Below are positions 57,248-64,000 of a stretch of 64,000 bases of DNA, one piece after another. A program made the translations under genes and the position numbers. Within the stretch, counting starts at the first letter, position 1. Each line of letters starts with the position of its first letter. The stretch comes from an uncultured bacterium (GTDB lineage: Bacteria; Patescibacteriota; Minisyncoccia; UBA6257; GWB1-50-10), in the NCBI GenBank assembly GCA_963713955.1, contig OY970216.1, positions 136,075 through 200,074 on the forward strand. The letters are read 5' to 3'. Below the pieces are notes generated by a model. That model saw nothing but the letters and a program-made list of their open reading frames with translations, had not been told where the DNA came from and made no database searches.

Positions 57248-58030
57248 TCACACTGCTATCTTCTCTGCAAACACCGAAGGCGGCATCCTGAGAGCGGAGT
57301 GGATTCTTGTATGGTTGTACTCCCAAAGCGTTCGGTAGATCTCCGCCACAAGTTCCCCTAAGGATCTGAACCGATTAGGATCGCCAAGATCCATTTTGAA
57401 TTTTCCGTAGAAAGATTCTTGGTATCCGTTCTCCCACGGCGATCCGGGGCGTGAGCGGGAGATGGTGATGCCGTAGCGCTCAAGCATAGCGATGAACGCC
57501 TTCGCTTCGTATTCCCTCCCGTTGTCAGAATGGAAGATCACGGGTCGCGGGCAATGGAAGAGCGCGTTCGCCAGAGTTTGGATGGTGAGCGTCGATCCCT
57601 TCCGGGTCGCCACATGAACGCCCATCAGTTGCCTCGTAAACAGGTTAAGGATCGTTGATACGTACAGCTTCTTCCCGTGAAAGACAAGCTCCGTGAAATC
57701 CGTCGCCCAGACATGGTTCGCATATGATGGCATAATGCCGAGGAGGAGGTTCGGGAAGTGCCGTTCCGCCTTGGATTTCCTGTATTTTCTCCCATGCCTG
57801 CGGTAGGGCTTGATGCCGTAAATCCGCATGACCCGTTGCGCTCTCGGTCTGCCGATGCCGAGCGCAATCGCCAGTCGGCGTGAGCCGTATGAGGGATGCT
57901 CGTGAAGCACCTCCTCCGTCCGGACCTTTAATGCCCAATCCTTCTTGTCCTGCGTTGCGACGTAATAGAGCGATGAGCGCGAGACACCCATGGCGCGAGC
58001 CAGGGCGGATACGTTCCTTTCCCTGCTCAA
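57248..58030 (-). CDS. IS3 transposase OrfB (DDE integrase core)
   Basis: 'YGSRRL', 'WATDFT', 'FHSDNG', 'PWENGYQESF', 'YNHTRIHSAL'. Confidence 0.95.
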   Translation of the reverse strand: MSRERNVSALARAMGVSRSSLYYVATQDKKDWALKVRTEEVLHEHPSYGSRRLAIALGIGRPRAQRVMRIYGIKPYRRHGRKYRKSKAERHFPNLLLGIMPSYANHVWATDFTELVFHGKKLYVSTILNLFTRQLMGVHVATRKGSTLTIQTLANALFHCPRPVIFHSDNGREYEAKAFIAMLERYGITISRSRPGSPWENGYQESFYGKFKMDLGDPNRFRSLGELVAEIYRTLWEYNHTRIHSALRMPPSVFAEKIAV

Positions 58031-58290
58031 TTCTTTTTTTGGGTCTGGGACAGCTTGATCGTGAGTTCACCGATCACTTCGAAGAGTTCCTGATTCTGTT
58101 TCTTTAGGCGATTGATTTCTCCCCAGGAGGGAGCGCTCGTGGCACCGGCGCCGAGCCATCCATACACGGTTGTCTCGTGGACGCCTGCATCTTTTGCCGC
58201 TTCTGCGACGGAGACGCCTTCTTCCTTCACGCGGCGGACAATCTCCGCTTTTACCTCTTTCGCTACCCGATATCCTTTTTTGTTAGCCAT
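58027..58290 (-). CDS. IS3 OrfA (HTH) with -1 frameshift site
   Basis: HTH plus leucine zipper; A AAA AAG slippery heptamer just before the stop. Confidence 0.9.
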   Translation of the reverse strand: MANKKGYRVAKEVKAEIVRRVKEEGVSVAEAAKDAGVHETTVYGWLGAGATSAPSWGEINRLKKQNQELFEVIGELTIKLSQTQKKN

Positions 58291-58510
58291 GACACAATGG
58301 TAATTTGTTCCGACCTTTGTGTCTAAATTTTCCTATCCGGAACACAATATTAATGTTTACTTTCGCAGTGCGCAAAAGTAGAAGTAATACAACCTCAGGT
58401 TAATTAGCATAATTTAGTCCGAAAATCATCTAAGACGACCACCAGTTGGGGGAAATCAAACTCAAATTGAATTCGGCATACCTTTGGGGTATGCTGGACT
58501 TCACACGTCC

Positions 58511-59293
58511 ATGAAAAAATTCAGGCCCAAGAGATTCGAGAAGCGGGAACTCGATAAGATATACATGTACAGCAGGCACGCGCTCGAGGAAGCGCTCATG
58601 AAGGCGCCACAGGCGGTGAAAAGAGTCTTTTTGTCGCCGGAAGCGAACGAACGAGAACTCCGGGAATCGCTCCAGAGGCACAATATCCCGATGGCGCTCA
58701 TGAAAGCCAAGGAGGCGTCGCACATGGTGGGGAGAGAAACCTCCCATCAGGGAGTTATTGCCGTCATGAATCCGTCGTCTCTCATAGTCGATTTCAATGA
58801 TTTCGTGAGGGACTTGAAGCCCAACGACGACACGATGCTTGTTCTTTTGGATGAACTGACCGATCCTCAGAACGTCGGGGCAGTCATCCGCTCGGCGGCG
58901 GCCTTCGGAGCTTCCGGAGTTTTGATCCCGTCGCACCGACAGGCGCCGATAACCGGAGCCGTCGTCAAAGTTTCGGCCGGCATGGTTTTCTCGGTCCCGC
59001 TCGTATCCATCGGTAACGTCAACTACACCGTGGGCGTCCTGAAAGAAATGAGATTCAGAACCTACGGACTCGCCATGGACGGAGCCCAAAAAGTTTCGGA
59101 AGAAAATTTCGACGGGCCATCACTCTTCATAGTCGGAAACGAAAGCCGGGGGATCAGGCAAAAAACTCTGGAATACTGCGACGCGACGCTCCGGATACCG
59201 ATGGACCCGAAGTGCGAATCGCTGAACGCTTCGGTCTCGGCGGCCATCATTCTTTACGCCTGGAGTGTGAAGCACGCTAAAGCGTTGAAATGA
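58511..59293 (+). CDS. rlmB: SPOUT RNA methyltransferase (RlmB/TrmH family)
   Basis: 'HQGVIA', 'DPQNVGAVIRSA', 'VGNE', 'ESLNASVS'. Confidence 0.9.
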   Translation: MKKFRPKRFEKRELDKIYMYSRHALEEALMKAPQAVKRVFLSPEANERELRESLQRHNIPMALMKAKEASHMVGRETSHQGVIAVMNPSSLIVDFNDFVRDLKPNDDTMLVLLDELTDPQNVGAVIRSAAAFGASGVLIPSHRQAPITGAVVKVSAGMVFSVPLVSIGNVNYTVGVLKEMRFRTYGLAMDGAQKVSEENFDGPSLFIVGNESRGIRQKTLEYCDATLRIPMDPKCESLNASVSAAIILYAWSVKHAKALK

Positions 59294-60153
59294 AGAATAT
59301 AAATTTAACGGCCGAATCGTGGAAAGATTACGAACTAATCGATTCGGGCGACAACAAGAAACTGGAACGGTACGGGCCCTACACGATTATCCGCCCAGAA
59401 ACGCAGGCTATCTGGAAACCGATCCATTCCGAAAAATGGAAAGCGGCCGCGGCCGAGTTTTCGTGGGAAGGCGGAAAAGGAGATTGGAAAAACAAGGGGA
59501 TCCCAGAAGCGTGGGAAATATCCTGGGAAGACGCGCGCTTCAAGGTCAGGCTCACGTCTTTCAAACACACCGGTCTCTTCCCGGAACAATCGGTAAACTG
59601 GGAGTGGTTAAGGAAGCGCGTAAGCGGACTCAACAATCCCAAGATCCTCAATCTTTTCGGTTACACGGGCGTTGCGACGGTCGTCGCGGCAAAGCACGGC
59701 GGGAAAGTCACGCACGTTGACGCTTCGAAGCAAAGCAATGTCTGGGCCAAAGAGAATGCTAAGCTCTCCGGCGTGCCGGAGGCAAATATACGGTATCTCT
59801 TGGACGATGCTCTGAAATTCACGGAGAGGGAAATGAGGCGCGGCAGCGTTTACGACGGAATAATTCTCGATCCGCCGGCTTTCGGGCGCGGGCCCAGAGG
59901 CGAAATTTGGAAGATAGAGGAAGACATACAACCGCTCCTTCTAGCCCTGAAATCCATTTTTTCGAAAAAGCGCGGTTCCTTTTTCCTTTTGAACGGCTAT
60001 GCCGCCGGGTATTCGCCACGATCGTTCCTCCAGGCCGTGGAAGATTACTTTCCCGCGGAATCGGCGGAAGGCGAATTCGGCGAGATACAAGTAAAGGAAG
60101 CCCATTCCGCGCGAGTCATTCCTTCGGGAATTTACCTCCGCTTCACTCTCTAG
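59290..60153 (+). CDS. class I SAM-dependent methyltransferase (RlmI-like)
   Basis: 'KHTGLFPEQ', 'LNLFGYTG', 'ILDPPAFG'. Confidence 0.9.
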   Translation: MKNINLTAESWKDYELIDSGDNKKLERYGPYTIIRPETQAIWKPIHSEKWKAAAAEFSWEGGKGDWKNKGIPEAWEISWEDARFKVRLTSFKHTGLFPEQSVNWEWLRKRVSGLNNPKILNLFGYTGVATVVAAKHGGKVTHVDASKQSNVWAKENAKLSGVPEANIRYLLDDALKFTEREMRRGSVYDGIILDPPAFGRGPRGEIWKIEEDIQPLLLALKSIFSKKRGSFFLLNGYAAGYSPRSFLQAVEDYFPAESAEGEFGEIQVKEAHSARVIPSGIYLRFTL

Positions 60154-60174
60154 AGCCTATCTTTAAAATGGCTC

Positions 60175-60256
60175 GAGGGACTCGGCAAGCCGAAAAAGTG
60201 TGCGCTCCGGGCCGCTAGGCCAAGTCTTACCCACTTTTTCGCCTCACCGAGCCCTC
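60175..60256 (-). repeat. CCAAGTCTTA-core hairpin element C, nested in an outer IR (60153-60304)
   Basis: CGAAAAAGTG/CACTTTTTCG stem, variant loop TGCGCTCCGGGCCGCTAGGCCAAGTCTTACC. Confidence 0.85.
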
Positions 60257-60342
60257 TCACCCTAATACGTTTCTTGCTTAGTGAGAGGGTTTTGAGATAG
60301 GTTCAAGTAACCAACGTCGATATTAGCTGGTATTATTAGTAA

Positions 60343-60903
60343 ATGAACTCGGACGAAAAACTGGTCGAGCTTTATTTGCAGGGTGAAGAAAACCTATTCG
60401 ACATCCTCGTCAAGCGGTACGCCGATTACATCAATAACTTCATCCGGCAATACGTCCAGGATGAAAGCCGGGCGGAGGATTTGACCCAGGAGGTTTTCGT
60501 AAAAGTTTGGAGAAATCTCGGGAAATTCGATACCAAGAGGAGCTTCAAGGTTTGGATCTTCCAGATAGCGAGGAACACCATCATAGATTTTTTGAGGAAG
60601 AGGAAAGAATTAAGGCTTTCCGACCTCGATGACGGCGACGACGGGACTTTTGAGTTTCCGAGTTCAGCCGAGATGCCGGAGGAGGCTTTCGGACGGAAGG
60701 AAATCAAACTGGAGGTGGAAAAAGCCCTCGGCAAACTGCCCCAGAAGTATAAGTCGGTCTTAACTCTTTACTATCAGAACCAGTTGAATTTCAGGGAGAT
60801 AGCCGAAATTTACGGGGTTCCGGAGAATACGGTGAGGAGCAGGCACCGGCGAGGACTTTTGATGATTAAGAGCTTCCTCACCGAAAGGTACGCACCGAAA
60901 TAG
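60343..60903 (+). CDS. ECF RNA polymerase sigma factor
   Basis: 'AEDLTQEVFVKVW', 'WIFQIARN..ID', region 4 'EIAE....ENTVRSR'. Confidence 0.95.
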   Translation: MNSDEKLVELYLQGEENLFDILVKRYADYINNFIRQYVQDESRAEDLTQEVFVKVWRNLGKFDTKRSFKVWIFQIARNTIIDFLRKRKELRLSDLDDGDDGTFEFPSSAEMPEEAFGRKEIKLEVEKALGKLPQKYKSVLTLYYQNQLNFREIAEIYGVPENTVRSRHRRGLLMIKSFLTERYAPK

Positions 60904-60941
60904 CCTCCCGCTGCGTATACACCGCATACAATAAAGAAGTC

Positions 60942-61367
60942 ATGGATAATCTCGAGAAAATAGGCAAAATACTGTCCTATTCGGGAGGGTCATCGGCTGC
61001 CGGTCTCGCCGATCGGGTGATTTTCTCGATTGAAAAAAGGAAACTGAGAGGAGCAAAGATCCGGGTTGCCGTTTATTCGGGCGTGAGCGCCCTTTCGGCA
61101 ATCGTGCTCTACGCCGTTTTCCGAGCGGCGGGTCCCATATTCTATCAAAGCGGCACCTCGCAGATCTTTTCGCTGATATTTTCGGATTTTCAGATCGTGC
61201 TTTCCAATTTTAATTACTATCTTTCTTCACTCGCCGAATCTCTGCCCGTCATCCAAGTGGCCTCTCTCATGGCGCTGGGTTTCTTGTTTCTCACCTTCGT
61301 GTCGCTCGTCGTGAACAACCTGAAGAGATGGGGTAAAATAAAGAAATATGAACTCAAACATTCTTAA
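60942..61367 (+). CDS. membrane protein, putative anti-sigma factor
   Basis: Follows the ECF gene; 'LADRVI' motif then 2 TMs. Confidence 0.65.
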   Translation: MDNLEKIGKILSYSGGSSAAGLADRVIFSIEKRKLRGAKIRVAVYSGVSALSAIVLYAVFRAAGPIFYQSGTSQIFSLIFSDFQIVLSNFNYYLSSLAESLPVIQVASLMALGFLFLTFVSLVVNNLKRWGKIKKYELKHS

Positions 61368-61806
61368 GTCGAAGTGGTTCCGGTACGCCGCGATCGGGGT
61401 AGGGGAAGTAATCATCCTTCTTTTAGTTTTCAAGCTTGGCATGGTGGTCGGGACCCAAAAATCGGATTTTGAACGCGATTGGGCCCAAAATTACGGGCGG
61501 TTTTTCGGCGAGCCGAGGAGAGGATTTTTCCCGGGACTCACGGAAAACGATTCCATGAATCCCTTCGGCAATGCCGGATCCGTTTTGAGCATAAATGGCA
61601 ATATGGTGGTCGTGAAAAGTAACAATAATGTCGAAAAGATCGTCCTCGTCGGTACGAGTACCGTCGTGAGGGAAGGCGGGTCGGACATCGATTTGTCCGC
61701 CGTGAAAATCGGTGACCCGATCGTTGTCATAGGTTCGCCGAATGCGAGCGGCCAGATTGAGGCGAGGTTCGTAAGAATCTTTCCGGCACCGGACGCCGGA
61801 AGATAG
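61348..61806 (+). CDS. membrane-anchored DUF5666-like protein
   Basis: TM then 'GSVLSING...T.V...KIGD.IVVIG......IEA' OB-like motif. Confidence 0.65.
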   Translation: MNSNILKSKWFRYAAIGVGEVIILLLVFKLGMVVGTQKSDFERDWAQNYGRFFGEPRRGFFPGLTENDSMNPFGNAGSVLSINGNMVVVKSNNNVEKIVLVGTSTVVREGGSDIDLSAVKIGDPIVVIGSPNASGQIEARFVRIFPAPDAGR

Positions 61807-61821
61807 TTTTAAAAAGAACAA

Positions 61822-63528
61822 ATGAAAAAAATACTTTCGAAAAAGTGGGTAGTGGCACTCGTGATCGTAATCGTCGTGGTCGGAGGATATTTTCTGTTTT
61901 TCAAGAAGGGCAGCGTTACGAGTTATGCCATCGCAACCGTCGGAAAGGGAACAATCGTTTCCTACGTGAGCGGCACCGGCCAAGTATCCGGGCAGAACCA
62001 GGTGAACATTACGCCCCTGGCCTCGGGGAAGGTCGTTTCCGTCGACGTATCACAAGGGGATTACGTGCAAGCGGGGCAGGTGATCGCCGTCCTCGATGAG
62101 TCGTCCGCTTCTTCGTCGGTGAATCAGGCGAAGGCGTCGCTCGCGAGCGCGCAGGCGAACTACGAGAAGCTGGTTGGAGGGCCGACCGACTTGAGCGTCC
62201 AGGCTTCCCAACTTTCCGTCACGAATGCCGAGAATTCCCTGAGCCACGCGTACCAAGGTTTGTACAATGACATGAGTTCCATTTACACCGGTACTTACAA
62301 CACCATCCATGGTGACACGGATCAATTGTTCAGCAATCCCAACTCTTACTCCCCGACGCTCTTGTATTCCACGAATGATATACAATCCGGCGTGGATGCC
62401 CAGAACAAGAGAATCGGCGTGAACGGAGAAATATCCGGCTGGCAGACAGAACTTCAATCCCTGAGTCTTAATTCTTCTTCGAGCGATTTGGAAGCGGAGG
62501 CTCAGCAATCATTGAACCATCTCGCGGTGGTCAAGGCTTTCCTCGTGAGCGCGGAAACCTCCCTGGTTAACGCTGTCGCTAACTCATCGTTCACCGTTGC
62601 GAACGTCAGTTCGTACAAGTCGACCGTCGCGGGTGCGGTCTCGAGCGTGGAGGGAAGTATATCTTCACTGACCTCCGACATCCAGCAAATCCAGAACGGC
62701 AAAAATTCGCTGGCGCAGGCGCAAAATTCGCTGGCGCAGCTCCAAGCCCCGCCGACCGATGCCGACATAAAATCAGGCCAGGCTTCCGTATTGAACGCCG
62801 AAGCGCAGTTGCAGTCCGCGGAAACCAACTACGAAAACAACATCATCAGGGCTCCGTTTTCGGGGGAGGTCGCGATTTTGAACATCCAGAGCGGAGATCT
62901 CATCACGGGCTCGACGGTCGCCGGCACCACGGGTTCGACCGAGATCGGAACGATCGTCGCGAAGCAGAAAATAGCCGAAGTTTCCCTCAATGAAACCGAC
63001 GTCGCAAACATCAAGATCGGCGACCAAGCGACCGTTACGTTCGACGCCCTGCCCAACTTCAGCGTTGTGGGCCAAGTGGCCGAGATAGACAACGTCGGCA
63101 CGGTGAGTCAGGGCGTGGTGGATTACAACGTGAAGGTTGCCTTCGAGACGCAGGATTCGAGCGTAAGGTCGGGCATGAGCGTTACGGCGAACATCGTAAC
63201 CGGCGTCCACCAGAATATTCTTATTGTCCCCAATGCGGCAGTGAAATCGCAGGGGAGTGCGAGCTATGTGGAGACGCTCGACAAATCAACGCTCTCGCCA
63301 TCGCCGACGAACAGTTCTCTCTATGTTTCTTCCGCGCTGCCCCAAGAGAAAATCATTCAGACTGGATCAGCCGACGATTCTTACACGGAGGTCACGAGCG
63401 GACTCAGCGAAGGCGATATTATCGTGACGCAGACAACCGGTTCTTCGGGAAGCACTGCCGTTACACAGACAACCGGAGGCGCCGCAAGATTCGGGGGCGG
63501 AGGAGGCGCTATATTCAGAGGTTTATAG
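61822..63528 (+). CDS. efflux RND periplasmic adaptor (MacA/HlyD-like)
   Basis: Lipoyl halves 'GKVVSVDVSQGDYV' and 'IRAPFSG', long coiled coil, 'SGLSEGD'. Confidence 0.9.
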   Translation: MKKILSKKWVVALVIVIVVVGGYFLFFKKGSVTSYAIATVGKGTIVSYVSGTGQVSGQNQVNITPLASGKVVSVDVSQGDYVQAGQVIAVLDESSASSSVNQAKASLASAQANYEKLVGGPTDLSVQASQLSVTNAENSLSHAYQGLYNDMSSIYTGTYNTIHGDTDQLFSNPNSYSPTLLYSTNDIQSGVDAQNKRIGVNGEISGWQTELQSLSLNSSSSDLEAEAQQSLNHLAVVKAFLVSAETSLVNAVANSSFTVANVSSYKSTVAGAVSSVEGSISSLTSDIQQIQNGKNSLAQAQNSLAQLQAPPTDADIKSGQASVLNAEAQLQSAETNYENNIIRAPFSGEVAILNIQSGDLITGSTVAGTTGSTEIGTIVAKQKIAEVSLNETDVANIKIGDQATVTFDALPNFSVVGQVAEIDNVGTVSQGVVDYNVKVAFETQDSSVRSGMSVTANIVTGVHQNILIVPNAAVKSQGSASYVETLDKSTLSPSPTNSSLYVSSALPQEKIIQTGSADDSYTEVTSGLSEGDIIVTQTTGSSGSTAVTQTTGGAARFGGGGGAIFRGL

Positions 63529-63532
63529 TCAG

Positions 63533-64000
63533 ATGATAGAACTCCGGAATATCGTTAAAATCTACAGCAATGGCGATGTATCAACCTACGCTCTAAGAGG
63601 TGTTTCTTTCAAAATCGATGACGGCGAATACGTTGCCATCATGGGACCTTCCGGATCGGGGAAATCGACCTTGATGCACATCTTGGGCGCGCTTGATACG
63701 CCGACGTCGGGTAAATACTTCTTGGACGGCAAAGATGTGTCGTCTTTTTCGGAAAATGAACTGGCTGACATAAGGAAGGAGAAAATCGGTTTCGTGTTCC
63801 AGGCCTTCAACCTCTTGCCGAGAGCGACGGTCGTGCGGAACGTATCTCTCCCCCTCACGTATGCGGGCATTTCCCGGGAGGAACGGCAGCGGAGAGCTGT
63901 TGCGGCGATTATTGCCGCGGGACTCGACGAAGCGCACTTTTATTATCGCTCCAACCAGCTCTCCGGCGGGCAAATGCAGCGGGTCGCGATTGCGAGAGCG
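63533..64000 (+). CDS. ABC transporter ATP-binding protein (MacB/LolD-like), runs off the window
   Basis: ATG 63533; hand translation gives Walker A 'GPSGSGKST' and 'LSGGQMQRVAIARA'. Confidence 0.92.
   Translation, partial: MIELRNIVKIYSNGDVSTYALRGVSFKIDDGEYVAIMGPSGSGKSTLMHILGALDTPTSGKYFLDGKDVSSFSENELADIRKEKIGFVFQAFNLLPRATVVRNVSLPLTYAGISREERQRRAVAAIIAAGLDEAHFYYRSNQLSGGQMQRVAIARA

Larger units (their letters stand above)
57186..58344 (-). mobile_element. IS3-family insertion sequence (1159 bp)
   Basis: 25-bp imperfect IRs TGTGATGGATAGGTTTCTTTAGACA / TGTTCCGGATAGGAAAATTTAGACA (18/25); orfA plus orfB. Confidence 0.92.

Noticed and set aside
55590-58344. Integrative island at tRNA-Ser(UGA) carrying radC and IS3
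   Set aside because: No integrase and no duplicated tRNA 3' end seen
1-64000. Alternative genetic code (UGA=Gly)
   Set aside because: nusA, metG and leuS end at TGA at expected positions and core genes are intact under code 11

Overview
Bacterial chromosomal window, genetic code 11, with the gene content and synteny of a Patescibacteria/CPR (Parcubacteria-like) genome; this assignment is inferred from gene content only. Core genes: gyrA, rpsA, ftsH, glyA, folD, recA-rodZ-ftsK, truB, nusA, K+-independent H+-PPase, murD, valS, tsaD, recO, glyS, metG, tatD, leuS, htrA, radC, rlmB and seven tRNAs. Accessory parts: five VirB2/TrbC-like pilins, large surface proteins, an IS3 element truncating a type IV pilin, and an ECF sigma/MacAB-like locus cut by the window end. 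Best leads: (1) a cassette between glyA and folD made of an unannotated aromatic-rich 30-aa peptide, a terminator, a circularly permuted ATP-grasp-like ligase and an M20 peptidase; (2) five dispersed hairpin elements with a conserved CCAAGTCTTA core, variable stems and strand-specific G-T/GA pairing; (3) an unannotated 19-aa Lys/Arg microprotein with its own promoter and terminator; (4) a tRNA-Ile(UAU) that resembles the neighbouring tRNA-Val(UAC); (5) mini-hairpins and heptamer repeats inserted in-frame in essential genes; (6) a Nudix domain inside LeuRS; (7) a palindrome/DnaA-box-like module upstream of both ftsK and radC. All calls were made by eye, with no database searches.
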